NCBI GenBank assembly: GCA_044359815.1 | Contig: JBIKLL010000014.1 | Span: 1 to 49,060 of the forward strand | Reading direction: 5' to 3' | From: Pseudobdellovibrionaceae bacterium | GTDB taxonomy: Bacteria > Bdellovibrionota > Bdellovibrionia > Bdellovibrionales > Bdellovibrionaceae | DNA: 49,060 nt | Notes under the pieces: generated by a model | Seen by the model: the letters and a program-made list of their open reading frames with translations, nothing else | What the model was told of the DNA's origin: nothing | The model's database searches: none | Part shown: piece after piece, positions 35,856 to 45,516 of the stretch | Numbering within the stretch: the stretch's first letter is position 1 | Layout: each line of letters opens with the position of its first letter | Program-made: the position numbers and the translations under genes

Positions 35856-37868
35856 ATGAATGTCCTTAAATTATTAGTTAGTGTTATTTTTCTTCCAGTT
35901 TTTGGATTTAGCTCGGAACTTGGTAAACCAAATTCTGGGACTAAATCCTTTCAGGGATGTCATCAATCCTGGCAACAAAGTTGTCAAAAATTTGCAGCAC
36001 AGTACGGGGAAGATAATCTGATCCCCTGTAATAAAAACCCCTCTGAAACCACTACAGACAGCACTGTTACAGATTGCTTTAATGGAATCAGGGATTCCAT
36101 AGAGTTCACCGCCATGGGACCGCTTTATCTGATCGAGGCAGTTCAGAATTTTTCGACTCAGTTTATCCAGTCTTGCAAAGGCGAAACCTTAGAGCTCAAT
36201 ACGCTAAGGCAGGAAGCCCGTCAAAACCTGCTAAGATTGGAAGCTGAATATTTTAAAGAACTTAATAAAACCCAGCCTGCACCCGTCGAGGGATCTTGGG
36301 AAACATTAACATGCGAAGAGCTTAATCAGATTAATACAGTTTGCAGTTCCGAAAATACTTCTGATTTCTGTTTAGAAACCAAAATCAAACAGCAAAAAGC
36401 ACAGCAGCTGGTACAAAAAAGCATTTACTATCAGCAACTGTCTGTATCTAAAGAGTTAAACGGTAAAAAAGTTATTTTTAACGATTCCCAAGTGAATCGA
36501 GCCATGTTGGATTTCAGAGTCAATCAATGCAAAGATTTTATCCGCAAATACCAACCAGTCACAAAAATTCAGAACGATTATTTAAAAAAAATAAAAGACA
36601 GCAGTCGTAAAACCGGTGCCTGCACAGAGGCCATCAATGAGGTTTTAGATTGGACCCAAGAAGCCGCAGTTGGTGCTGGAAATTTTATGTTGGATAATCG
36701 CGACCATTCAAATGCTGCCAGACAAAACAGATCAGCGGCGCGACTTAAAGAACAATCATGCTTTACAAGCGCCTATCTGACCAAAAGAAACTGCGAAATA
36801 GCTTTTGATATTGCTACCATGATCGGCCCCTCGGCTGTCGCTGCATTGAAACTGAATAAAACATTCCAATCTGTGAAAGCCATGATCACACCCAGCAGAT
36901 CTGGCTCAGGCATAGTTTTAGCGGACGCAGCCGCGAGCAAAACCATTGATAGGTATTTAACCCTAACCAGTGATATTAACGTCGCCAATGCTCTGAAGCG
37001 GGCTCACGAAATGGACGGATCCTTTGGTAGCTTTACCGTCCCCGCGCTAAGGCAAAAGTACAAAAATATTCTGGATGAACTGTCAAAAGTTGGCGTCACA
37101 GGTGATGAAGCAAAACAATTGGCCAGCAAATGTATCAGAAGCGGACTTTGTGGGGATCTACCGGCAGACCTTGTAACTCTGAATATGGCTGCCGAAGATT
37201 ATTTAAAACAAATACCTTCAGCCTATGAAGAGTATGAAACCGCGCGGAAGACGGGGGATGTAAAAGACGCAGCAGAGATTCTGGACAAGTATATACCCTA
37301 TATATGGAAAGATCTTGATCTTAGCAACGATGGAAAAATTCCCCATTCCCTGCGAAAATACCCAAAACCAAAAGCGGGTTCAGCTTCTGGTTCGGTTTCC
37401 GGCTCGAGTGTTAGGTCTTCGGCATCAGGCTCAAGTGTTAGGTCTGGATCAAATATAGGATCCAGTGCCAAAAGTGACTTTGATATAGTCAGAGAAAAAC
37501 CCAATTTAATTCAACCCGACAAAGTGTATGATGTCCCAATTGCTGAGGGAACAAATTTAGCATTTAGGGCCTCAAAGGTTCAGTTTCAAAAGAATGCATT
37601 AAAGGACCTTGATAAGCTGGACAGTATAACACAAGGAAAACTTCTGGATGCGTTAGTTGTGGGAGGTACCGAGACTCAAGGAAAATCTGGCTTAAAACTT
37701 ATGAATGATGTTTCACCTGGATTTGTTGAAGTAAAAGCCATACCTGGAAAAATGCGTTTGTTAGGTTGTATGAAAAATGGAGTTTTAGAAATTAAAAAAG
37801 TCTTCGAAAAAAAAGAAAATGGGCAAACCCTTGCTTCCCGTCCCGAGCTTAAAAAACTTTGTAAATAA
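35856..37868 (+). CDS. Secreted multidomain protein with a C-terminal RelE/ParE(HigB)-like domain
   Basis: Signal peptide, Cys-rich helical N-terminal half, hydrophobic helix, Gly/Ser linker, then VQFQKNALKDLDKLD...FVEVK...MRLLG...LEIKKVFEKK. Confidence 0.65.
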   Translation: MNVLKLLVSVIFLPVFGFSSELGKPNSGTKSFQGCHQSWQQSCQKFAAQYGEDNLIPCNKNPSETTTDSTVTDCFNGIRDSIEFTAMGPLYLIEAVQNFSTQFIQSCKGETLELNTLRQEARQNLLRLEAEYFKELNKTQPAPVEGSWETLTCEELNQINTVCSSENTSDFCLETKIKQQKAQQLVQKSIYYQQLSVSKELNGKKVIFNDSQVNRAMLDFRVNQCKDFIRKYQPVTKIQNDYLKKIKDSSRKTGACTEAINEVLDWTQEAAVGAGNFMLDNRDHSNAARQNRSAARLKEQSCFTSAYLTKRNCEIAFDIATMIGPSAVAALKLNKTFQSVKAMITPSRSGSGIVLADAAASKTIDRYLTLTSDINVANALKRAHEMDGSFGSFTVPALRQKYKNILDELSKVGVTGDEAKQLASKCIRSGLCGDLPADLVTLNMAAEDYLKQIPSAYEEYETARKTGDVKDAAEILDKYIPYIWKDLDLSNDGKIPHSLRKYPKPKAGSASGSVSGSSVRSSASGSSVRSGSNIGSSAKSDFDIVREKPNLIQPDKVYDVPIAEGTNLAFRASKVQFQKNALKDLDKLDSITQGKLLDALVVGGTETQGKSGLKLMNDVSPGFVEVKAIPGKMRLLGCMKNGVLEIKKVFEKKENGQTLASRPELKKLCK

Positions 37869-37876
37869 AAATAAAT

Positions 37877-38449
37877 TTATTCAACAAAATGTAATTCAAA
37901 AGGTCTTGATGCTGGATCGATATTTATATCGACGGGATCATAGCGTCTTACATAACCCTGACATCCGCTATATGGTAATGTGTAAGTCAGTTCTAACATT
38001 TGTTCCTGGTGAATCAGAGTTTTTGATGAGGTATCATTACAATCTGGAATTTCGTAAACCTTGATATCTACAGAATCGAATACTTCGTACACAGAAGCTA
38101 ATATTGAACTGTCTGTTCTTTGAATGTTAACGTACTGGCCTATGTTTACAGCTTCACAGGTATTTCCCTTAAAAACATAATCAGCTCTGACATATCCGGC
38201 ATTTGGATTTTGTGGATCGACAATTCTGGGTGTAAATTCAAATTCATAGTTTGAATTCAGCTGACCCAGCATTGAATGAAATTTAAAGGGAATGGGCTCA
38301 ATTATAAACTGCATGGTGCAGACTTCATAATCATAGCCATCGGAATCACCCAGCTTGGGCTCTGAAGCCACTTCTTTGCAGCCGATATTGGCAGCACAAG
38401 CTACCAATACAGTGATTTTAAAAACGTATGATTTTAAGACATTCCCCAT
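37877..38449 (-). CDS. Hypothetical lipoprotein
   Basis: Start placed at ATG 38449 (MGNVLKSY...ANIGC lipobox), downstream of a sigma54-like motif. Confidence 0.65.
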   Translation of the reverse strand: MGNVLKSYVFKITVLVACAANIGCKEVASEPKLGDSDGYDYEVCTMQFIIEPIPFKFHSMLGQLNSNYEFEFTPRIVDPQNPNAGYVRADYVFKGNTCEAVNIGQYVNIQRTDSSILASVYEVFDSVDIKVYEIPDCNDTSSKTLIHQEQMLELTYTLPYSGCQGYVRRYDPVDINIDPASRPFELHFVE

Positions 38450-38464
38450 ATAACAACTTATAAT

Positions 38465-38481
38465 TGCAACAGAAATGCCAA
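38465..38481 (-). promoter_or_regulatory. Candidate sigma54 promoter
   Basis: Minus strand reads TTGGCATTTCTGTTGCA, a near-consensus -24/-12 element. Confidence 0.65.
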
Positions 38482-38574
38482 TTGGATCATCCCAAGACCG
38501 TATATACTCGGTCGCTGAGTCCTTTTCGCAGCCCAATCTGTTCAGGTTTTTAAATTCGTACGAAAGATAACCAG

Positions 38575-39309
38575 CTATGGTTTTGAGCTTGTTCTGTAGT
38601 TCCAGGCTATACTGACGATGCCAGTCAGTGCGCTTAAAACCTCGTTTATCGAGGTATTACTGACACCCCTAACCCGATTAACAAAAATTATGGGAAAGCT
38701 TTTAATAACAAATTTCTGAGTTAAAAAATAAGACAGAGTTTCGCTTAAATAAATATAGCCCTTATTTTTTTGTGGCATTTTAACCATCAAAGCTGCGGCC
38801 TTTCGATTATAAAATCTAAAGCCATTGGTGAAATCACAGATTTGCCAACTGATTAAAATTCTGGCCAACAGGTTTGCACAAAAGCTCAAAACCCGTCTGT
38901 GAATGGGCCAACCAATAATTTTCCCGTCGGGATACCTGGAACCCAAAACCACATCAGCAGAGCCCAACATTTGATAGCCCTTTGGTATGGAATCCGGCGG
39001 GTGCGAAAAATCACAATCCATTTCAACAAACACATCAAAATTTTTGCCAATCCCCCACTGAATGCCCTCGCGAACGGCCCCACCCCGCCCGTCTTTTTTT
39101 AATCTAACAATTAAATGCACTGATGAACTGTCTGTAAACTGAGCTGCATTTTTATCAATATATGCTTTAACTTTTTCAGATGTTTTATCAGGACTGTTAT
39201 CATCGACTACGCAAACGGAATTTTCAGGATCCACTTTGCGAATGGCTTCGATCAATTGAATGATGTTATCGCTTTCGTTATAAGACGGCAGGACAATGAG
39301 CTTTCTCAT
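38575..39309 (-). CDS. GT2 polyprenol-phosphate glycosyltransferase (DPM1-like)
   Basis: VLPSYNE, VVDDNSPD, EMDCDFSH, GSRY, DFTNGFR, IIFVNR..G.S. Confidence 0.9.
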   Translation of the reverse strand: MRKLIVLPSYNESDNIIQLIEAIRKVDPENSVCVVDDNSPDKTSEKVKAYIDKNAAQFTDSSSVHLIVRLKKDGRGGAVREGIQWGIGKNFDVFVEMDCDFSHPPDSIPKGYQMLGSADVVLGSRYPDGKIIGWPIHRRVLSFCANLLARILISWQICDFTNGFRFYNRKAAALMVKMPQKNKGYIYLSETLSYFLTQKFVIKSFPIIFVNRVRGVSNTSINEVLSALTGIVSIAWNYRTSSKP

Positions 39310-40523
39310 AAAGCCGCAAGTTTTTTACAAGCGTTTTCCAGAACCTGCAAATGCTCAGATTCAATTTTTGGATGACATCCAATCATCAGACCGCGGGTCA
39401 GGATATTGTTGGCATTGTTTAACGGCGATCCAATTCTGTGTTGAATGTATTTTACACCTGGATGTTCAGCAATGTTGCCTGCAATGATGGGCCGAGTTTC
39501 CACACCGTTTTGCTCCAAAATTTCATGAACTTTTTTAACATTCACCGGAGCATCAGCTGCCAGTCGCAGTGGTAAACTCATCCAAGAATGTCTGCGGCCG
39601 TTTCTGCCTGAAACTTTGTTTAAATAATCTTTGCCGATTAATTCAATCCAAGAAACCTTAGACAAAATTTCTTGAGCCGCCTGGGCGACCTGCAATCTTT
39701 TATCCAAAAACTGATCCAGCTTTTTTAATTGAACCAATCCAATGGCCGCTTGGACTTCCATTGGTCTGACATTGTAACCAGGCATAATAAACATAAACCG
39801 CGGATCAATGTTTGAGTAATCATCCACCCATTTTTGTTTATCACTGCGTTCACGAATCCAGCCATGGGCCCTTAAGCTTCTCAGATCATCGGCCAGCTGA
39901 TCGTCGTTTGTAAAAACACAGCCGCCTTCCATTGTCGTTAAATGATGCGAGAAAAAATGCGAAAGCGTTCCGCCCAATCCAAAATTTCCTACGTGCTTGC
40001 CTTCATAAAAGGCCCCAAGGCTTTCACAACAGTCTTCCAACAGTTCTATTGAATTGTTTTTGCAGAATTTATTGTATTCAGACATGTCACAGGCCAAACC
40101 CAAAACATGAATCAAAAACATTCCCTTGGTTTTAGGGCTCAGGCTTTTTTGAGCTGCCTTTAAATCAATGGCCAAAGTTTTTTCATCACAATCCACAAAA
40201 ACAGGAACCAATCCCAACTGTACCAGTGGCCAAACAGTCGTTGACCAAGCCAGCGCTGGAACCAAAACTTCATCACCTGTTTTGAATTTTGCCAATTTTG
40301 GATTTGTTCTGGTGATCATTGCCTGGATCAATAACAAATTTGCTGACGAACCCGAGTTCACCATTATGACGTGCTTAGCACCAATCCATTTACCGATTTC
40401 AGATTCGAAACTTTTGACCTGCTCGCCCATAGTATAAAATCGAGAATCCAAAACTTTTTTGGCGGCATTGATTTCTTCTGCTTCAAATGTGTCGCTAGCT
40501 AGCGGGAATCGAGTCATGGTCAT
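39306..40523 (-). CDS. colD: PLP-dependent GDP-4-keto-6-deoxymannose 3-dehydratase (ColD-like; DegT family)
   Basis: [31 protein letters not shown] (His at the usual Schiff-base Lys), RAHGW with no Fe-S Cys cluster; next to gmd. Confidence 0.8.
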   Translation of the reverse strand: MTMTRFPLASDTFEAEEINAAKKVLDSRFYTMGEQVKSFESEIGKWIGAKHVIMVNSGSSANLLLIQAMITRTNPKLAKFKTGDEVLVPALAWSTTVWPLVQLGLVPVFVDCDEKTLAIDLKAAQKSLSPKTKGMFLIHVLGLACDMSEYNKFCKNNSIELLEDCCESLGAFYEGKHVGNFGLGGTLSHFFSHHLTTMEGGCVFTNDDQLADDLRSLRAHGWIRERSDKQKWVDDYSNIDPRFMFIMPGYNVRPMEVQAAIGLVQLKKLDQFLDKRLQVAQAAQEILSKVSWIELIGKDYLNKVSGRNGRRHSWMSLPLRLAADAPVNVKKVHEILEQNGVETRPIIAGNIAEHPGVKYIQHRIGSPLNNANNILTRGLMIGCHPKIESEHLQVLENACKKLAAL

Positions 40524-41524
40524 TTCTTTTTTTGTAAATATTTAATGTCTTCATCTACCATTAGTTTAACTAAATCTTCAAATCCTAAAGAGTGTTTCCA
40601 GCCTAATTTGTTTTTGGCCTTGCTGCAATCGCCAATTAGCAAATCCACCTCTGTAGGACGGTAGTATTTGCTATCGACCTCAACATGTTTTTTCCAATCC
40701 AATCCAGCGTGAGAAAAAGCAATTTCGCAAAATTCTTGAACTGTGTGAGTTTCACCTGTCGACAATACATAATCTTCGGGCTCGTCCTGCTGCAGCATAA
40801 GCCACATTCCAGTGACGTAATCCTTGGCAAAGCCCCAGTCTCGCTTTGCATTAAGATTTCCTAAGCGGAGTTTTTTCATAAGCCCCAATTTTATACTGGC
40901 TACGCCCAGAGTGATTTTTCTAGTAACGAAGTTTTCTCCCCTACGAGGAGACTCGTGGTTAAACAAAATCCCATTGCACACAAACATCTGATAGGCCTCT
41001 CGGTAATTTACCCCCAGCCAATAACTAAAAACCTTGGATATTCCATAGGGCGATCTGGGATAAAATGGTGTGGTCTCTTTCTGTGGAGTTTCCAAAACTT
41101 TACCGAACATTTCTGATGAACCCGCCAGATAAATTCTGGATTTTAAATTCAATTCACGGACTGATTCCAGCAATCTTAAGGTCCCCATCCCCGTCGCATC
41201 CGCAGTGAAAAAAGGCATTTCAAAACTGACCTTTACATGGCTTTGAGCTCCCAGATGATAGATCTCATCGGGTTTTACCTTTTTCAAAACATGATATAAC
41301 GAGCTAGTATCCAAAAGGTCTCCGTAGTGCAAAACAAACTGGGCGTTTGCACCGGCCTCATCATTTAGGTTTTTCAAATCATAGAGGTGTTCAATCCGCT
41401 GACGATTAAAGGTGCTGCTGCGTCTAACGATCCCGTGCACTTCATAATTTTTCTGCAGCAAAAACTCGGCCAAATAGCTGCCATCTTGTCCCGTAATACC
41501 TGTAATCAACGCCTTTTTTTTCAT
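40520..41524 (-). CDS. gmd: GDP-mannose 4,6-dehydratase
   Basis: [53 protein letters not shown] before ATG 41524. Confidence 0.97.
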   Translation of the reverse strand: MKKKALITGITGQDGSYLAEFLLQKNYEVHGIVRRSSTFNRQRIEHLYDLKNLNDEAGANAQFVLHYGDLLDTSSLYHVLKKVKPDEIYHLGAQSHVKVSFEMPFFTADATGMGTLRLLESVRELNLKSRIYLAGSSEMFGKVLETPQKETTPFYPRSPYGISKVFSYWLGVNYREAYQMFVCNGILFNHESPRRGENFVTRKITLGVASIKLGLMKKLRLGNLNAKRDWGFAKDYVTGMWLMLQQDEPEDYVLSTGETHTVQEFCEIAFSHAGLDWKKHVEVDSKYYRPTEVDLLIGDCSKAKNKLGWKHSLGFEDLVKLMVDEDIKYLQKKK

Positions 41525-41604
41525 TGTCTCTCCATCAAAACACAAAGTTGCTTATGCACTTAAAAACTATTGCAGAGGGATAAAACTATCAATAAAAAGA
41601 GATC

Positions 41605-42492
41605 ATGGCCGAAGGAGTCGAAGTGGATCCGATTAAAATTTTTGTGGGCACAGACGAATCCCAGTTTTTAGCAGTGAAGGTCTTAGAATATTCGATTAAA
41701 AAACACTGCAAGAATCCAGTTGAAGTGATTCCAATGATTAATCTTAAGGTTCCCAAACCTAAGGATCCACAAAACCAGGCCCGTACAGGTTTTTCGTTTT
41801 TCAGATTTTGCATACCTGAACTTTGTCACTACAAGGGCCGCGCGATTTATATGGATGCCGACATGTTGGTGTTCAGAAACATTCAAGAACTGTGGAATCT
41901 GCCCTTCAACGGTAAAAAACTGCTTGCTCAATCCGAACTAACTGATGAGCAAAAATCTAACGTTAATATCAATTCGCCAAAACGACGCTGGAAACAATGT
42001 TCTGTGATGCTGTTGGATTGTTCAGCCCTGCAGTGGGAGGTAAAAGCCATTGTGCAGGATTTGGATGCTGGTAAATACAATTACGATCAGTTGTTTCGCG
42101 AGCTTTGCATTTTGGAAGAAAGCGATGTGGGATACACAATCCCTTACGAATGGAATTCTCTGGAACACTGGGATCAAAAAACCGGAAACATTCATTACAC
42201 CGATATGGGAACTCAGCCTTGGGTTTCGCCTTTCAACAAATGGGGCCTCAAATGGTATGAAACCGTCAAAGAAATGATGGACCAAGGGATTCTGTCCAGA
42301 AATCAAATCATCAGCGAAATCGCCAAAGGACATTTTAGACCTTCGTTATTAACTGAAATCGATAATTTTAATGCCGGCACAAAATACAATAGACTTAAGG
42401 CAAGCTATTATTTTGTATGCGACAAGCTGGCGGGTTACAAAAAACACAAAATTGTTTATCAGCAAACTAAGGATTTAAAATTAAATGATTAA
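41605..42492 (+). CDS. GT8-like glycosyltransferase
   Basis: IFVGTD, TGFSFFRF, YMDADM (DxD), SVMLLDC, EWNSLE, HYTD..TQPW. Confidence 0.8.
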   Translation: MAEGVEVDPIKIFVGTDESQFLAVKVLEYSIKKHCKNPVEVIPMINLKVPKPKDPQNQARTGFSFFRFCIPELCHYKGRAIYMDADMLVFRNIQELWNLPFNGKKLLAQSELTDEQKSNVNINSPKRRWKQCSVMLLDCSALQWEVKAIVQDLDAGKYNYDQLFRELCILEESDVGYTIPYEWNSLEHWDQKTGNIHYTDMGTQPWVSPFNKWGLKWYETVKEMMDQGILSRNQIISEIAKGHFRPSLLTEIDNFNAGTKYNRLKASYYFVCDKLAGYKKHKIVYQQTKDLKLND

Positions 42493-43300
42493 TTTTTTAG
42501 ATTTTTTCAAACCAAAAAATTCTGCTGATCTGACAAAGGCGGCTCATGAAATTCCAGGCCTTCGTTATTTGACCAAGGCTCAGATCAAAGAGCTCAATGA
42601 ACTGTTGCCGTGGAGCTGTTTTACTGTGGATAAACAGGGTAACACTTTTGGCTCTCGTGCCAGTCACGTCAAAAGGGAAACCCCACAAACAATACCCGAT
42701 AAAAGAATTTTACAATTGAATGATCTTATAAATTTAAAAAATAAAACTGTGACTGAATTTGGATGTTTTGAGGGCATTCACACCATTGCACTGAGTGATT
42801 TAGCAAAACATGTTAAGGCCATTGATTCGCGAGTTTTAAATGTTGCAAAAACCATGGTCCGATTAGGTTTTTACAAAAAAACTGCTGAGGTTTTTCTGTA
42901 TGATTTAGAAAACCTGGGTCCCGAAAATTGTTCAGATCTAGAATGTGATGTTTTGTTTCACGTGGGAGTGTTTTATCATTTATCAGATCCCGTAAAACAT
43001 CTAAAGACTCTCCCGCTTTTTACCAAACAGGCAATCCTGCTGGACACTCATTACGCAAAACCAGAATCAGTTAATAAGTCCTATTCTGTCGATGGTCAAA
43101 GTTACAAATATTTTAAATATGCCGAACACGGATACACAGAGGTTTTTTCTGGGATGAAAGATCATTCAAAATGGCTGACCCTGGATGCAATCACTGATTT
43201 ACTAAATGCAGGTGGCTTTAATAAAATCACAATCTTGAGTGATAAATTACAACGGAACGGACCCCGAGTTTGTCTGCTAGCTGCCAGAAACAATCTTTGA
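42485..43300 (+). CDS. Class I SAM-dependent methyltransferase
   Basis: VTEFGCFEG motif I, AIDSR, DVLFHVGVFYHL.DP. Confidence 0.85.
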   Translation: MINFLDFFKPKNSADLTKAAHEIPGLRYLTKAQIKELNELLPWSCFTVDKQGNTFGSRASHVKRETPQTIPDKRILQLNDLINLKNKTVTEFGCFEGIHTIALSDLAKHVKAIDSRVLNVAKTMVRLGFYKKTAEVFLYDLENLGPENCSDLECDVLFHVGVFYHLSDPVKHLKTLPLFTKQAILLDTHYAKPESVNKSYSVDGQSYKYFKYAEHGYTEVFSGMKDHSKWLTLDAITDLLNAGGFNKITILSDKLQRNGPRVCLLAARNNL

Positions 43301-43301
43301 T

Positions 43302-44129
43302 ATGAAGGTCGCAATCATTCTGTGCACATACAATCCACCAATAAAGTTTTTGAAAGAACAATTGGAATCCATTGCCAATCAATCTTACACCAACTGGGAA
43401 TGTTTTATTAACGACGATTGTTCTTCTGATGAATTCAAAGACCAAATCAAAAACTTGGCTGCGGATGATCCCAGATTTAAAATAAATTTTTGGGAAACCA
43501 ATAACGGAACGGTTTATAATTTTGAACGGGGCCTAAACCTGGTCACACCTGATTTTGACTATGTTGCCCTATGTGATCAGGATGATATTTGGCACAGCAA
43601 TAAACTGGAAACAATGGTCAATTTGCTGGAGCAATCTGGCCTGATGCTGGCTCATTCGGATTTGCGTGTCATCGACGAAATTGGATCAGTGATCAGCGAA
43701 TCCTGTTGGAAACTGGAAAAGCGAAATTTGTATTCGTTTAATCCCTGGCAATTGATTGTTCGCAATTCAGTCACAGGCTGTGCGACTCTGTTCAAAAGAC
43801 GACTACTGGATCGCGCTCTGCCCTTTCCGCGACAAAAAGCCAAAAGACCTACATTTTATCACGATCATTGGCTGTCGATTTGTGCCGAAAGTTCGATATT
43901 ACCCATTAAAAATGCATTGATTGATTACCGACAACATTCAGGTAATCAGGTGGGCGCACAACGGCGAACAATTTGGGCGCGATTTAAACAATTCAGATAT
44001 ATTTTGTACAGAATCAAAGAGCGGATTTTTCTGATTAACAATTATTTGGATTACCGATACAGGGAAAAAGAACGTTTAAAAATTTTAGCCGAGAAAACTA
44101 AAACTTTGGCTCAGAAGAATATTCCTTAA
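43302..44129 (+). CDS. GT2 glycosyltransferase (rhamnosyltransferase-like)
   Basis: LCTYN, QLESI, DDCSSD, CDQDDIW, VTGC, HDHW, YRQH.GN.VG. Confidence 0.88.
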   Translation: MKVAIILCTYNPPIKFLKEQLESIANQSYTNWECFINDDCSSDEFKDQIKNLAADDPRFKINFWETNNGTVYNFERGLNLVTPDFDYVALCDQDDIWHSNKLETMVNLLEQSGLMLAHSDLRVIDEIGSVISESCWKLEKRNLYSFNPWQLIVRNSVTGCATLFKRRLLDRALPFPRQKAKRPTFYHDHWLSICAESSILPIKNALIDYRQHSGNQVGAQRRTIWARFKQFRYILYRIKERIFLINNYLDYRYREKERLKILAEKTKTLAQKNIP

Positions 44130-44646
44130 AACCGATCGCCGACAAATCTTTATCACTCAGCAGTGGATTTTTAATGGGCCAATCAATACCCAGCTGCGAA
44201 TCGTTCCAGATAATTGCGCCCTCACCCTGTGGACCATAGGGCTGATCGACCTTGTACATTACATCAGCTTCAGATTCAGAAATATTTAAAAACCCATGGG
44301 CAAAACCAGCGGGCACCCAAAACCAGGAGGGCTTTTCGCCGTCTAACACTACAGATACGTGCTTACCAAAAGTTTTAGAATTTTTGCGAATATCCACTGC
44401 CACATCAAAAATTTTCCCTTTGATACAGGTCACCAGTTTTCCCTGAGCAGGGGCAAACTGGTAATGCAGACCCCTAAGTACTTTGGGCGCAGACCTTGAA
44501 AAATTGTCTTGTACAAACTGACGACCCAAAATTTCAAAATCAACCAACTTAAATCTTTCGCAAAAAAATCCCCGCGAATCAGCAAAAGTTTTATTTTGAA
44601 ACAGTAAGGGGCCGTCCACAGAAAATGATTTTACTTCTAGGGCCAT
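44098..44646 (-). CDS. rfbC: dTDP-4-dehydrorhamnose 3,5-epimerase
   Basis: DSRGFF, QDNFS.S...LRGLHYQ, DVAVDIR, PAGFAHGF. Confidence 0.96.
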   Translation of the reverse strand: MALEVKSFSVDGPLLFQNKTFADSRGFFCERFKLVDFEILGRQFVQDNFSRSAPKVLRGLHYQFAPAQGKLVTCIKGKIFDVAVDIRKNSKTFGKHVSVVLDGEKPSWFWVPAGFAHGFLNISESEADVMYKVDQPYGPQGEGAIIWNDSQLGIDWPIKNPLLSDKDLSAIGFKEYSSEPKF

Positions 44647-45516
44647 TTATAAATCCATTGCCAGACGTTTGACGTACAGGCCGTATTCTGAATCCGGCAT
44701 CTGTTCAGCTAAATTTAAAAATTCTTTTTTGCTCAGAAAGCCTTTGCTAAATGCGATTTCTTCCAGACAAGCAATTTTAAGCCCCTGCCTTACTTCCAAT
44801 GATTGAACAAATTGGGTTGCAGAAACCAAAGATTCAGGAGTTCCCGAATCCAGCCAGGCCACTCCCCTGCCCAGTCTTTCCAAGTGCAGATTTTTTTCTG
44901 TTAAATAGCTTTTGATTAAATCTGTGATTTCTAATTCATTTCTTTTAGAGGGCTTTAGCTTTGCAGCCTTGTCGCAAACAGAGCCATCAAAACAATACAA
45001 ACCCGTGACGGCCCAGTTGGATTTGGGCTCTGCAGGCTTTTCCTCGATGGATAAAATATTTCCCTGCGCATCTGATGCCACCACCCCATATCTTTTGGGA
45101 TCATTGACCTGATAGGCAAAAATAGTTGCGCCCTTATCTTTGGCAACTGCTGATTCCAACTGTTTGGTAACATCATGACCGTAAAAAATATTGTCGCCTA
45201 AAATCAAACAGGCAGCTTGGTTATTTAAAAACTGTTTTGCAATGATAAAAGCCTGAGCAATGCCTTCGGGCTTAGCCTGTTCCGCAAAAGAAATTTGAAT
45301 CCCCCACTGCTTGCCATCACCCAATAAATTTTTAATTACTGGCAAATCCCTGGGCGTGCTGATGACTAAAATTTCTTGCAAACCAGCCAACATCAATGTG
45401 GACAAGGGATAATAAATTGTGGGCTTGTCATAAATGGGCAACAACTGTTTTGAAAGGCTTTTTGTGGCCGGATACAGTCTGGTACCGCTACCCCCTGCTA
45501 ATAAAATACCTTTCAT
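44647..45516 (-). CDS. rfbA: Glucose-1-phosphate thymidylyltransferase
   Basis: GILLAGGSGTRLYP, KQLLPIYDKP, LGDNIF, EEKP, RGVAWLDSGT. Confidence 0.97.
   Translation of the reverse strand: MKGILLAGGSGTRLYPATKSLSKQLLPIYDKPTIYYPLSTLMLAGLQEILVISTPRDLPVIKNLLGDGKQWGIQISFAEQAKPEGIAQAFIIAKQFLNNQAACLILGDNIFYGHDVTKQLESAVAKDKGATIFAYQVNDPKRYGVVASDAQGNILSIEEKPAEPKSNWAVTGLYCFDGSVCDKAAKLKPSKRNELEITDLIKSYLTEKNLHLERLGRGVAWLDSGTPESLVSATQFVQSLEVRQGLKIACLEEIAFSKGFLSKKEFLNLAEQMPDSEYGLYVKRLAMDL

Noticed and set aside
37877..38449. Lipoprotein as immunity protein for the RelE-like domain
   Set aside because: Convergent orientation, its own sigma54-like promoter and an extracytoplasmic location do not fit a cytoplasmic RNase antitoxin.
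30007..38570. Intact integrative element or prophage at tRNA-Ser
   Set aside because: No integrase, transposase or phage genes, and I found no distal att copy; the only duplication is 212 bp away.
39306..40523. Perosamine synthase or E1 (RfbH) assignment
   Set aside because: His replaces the catalytic Lys (SHH), which excludes a normal aminotransferase, and the Fe-S Cys motif of E1 is absent.
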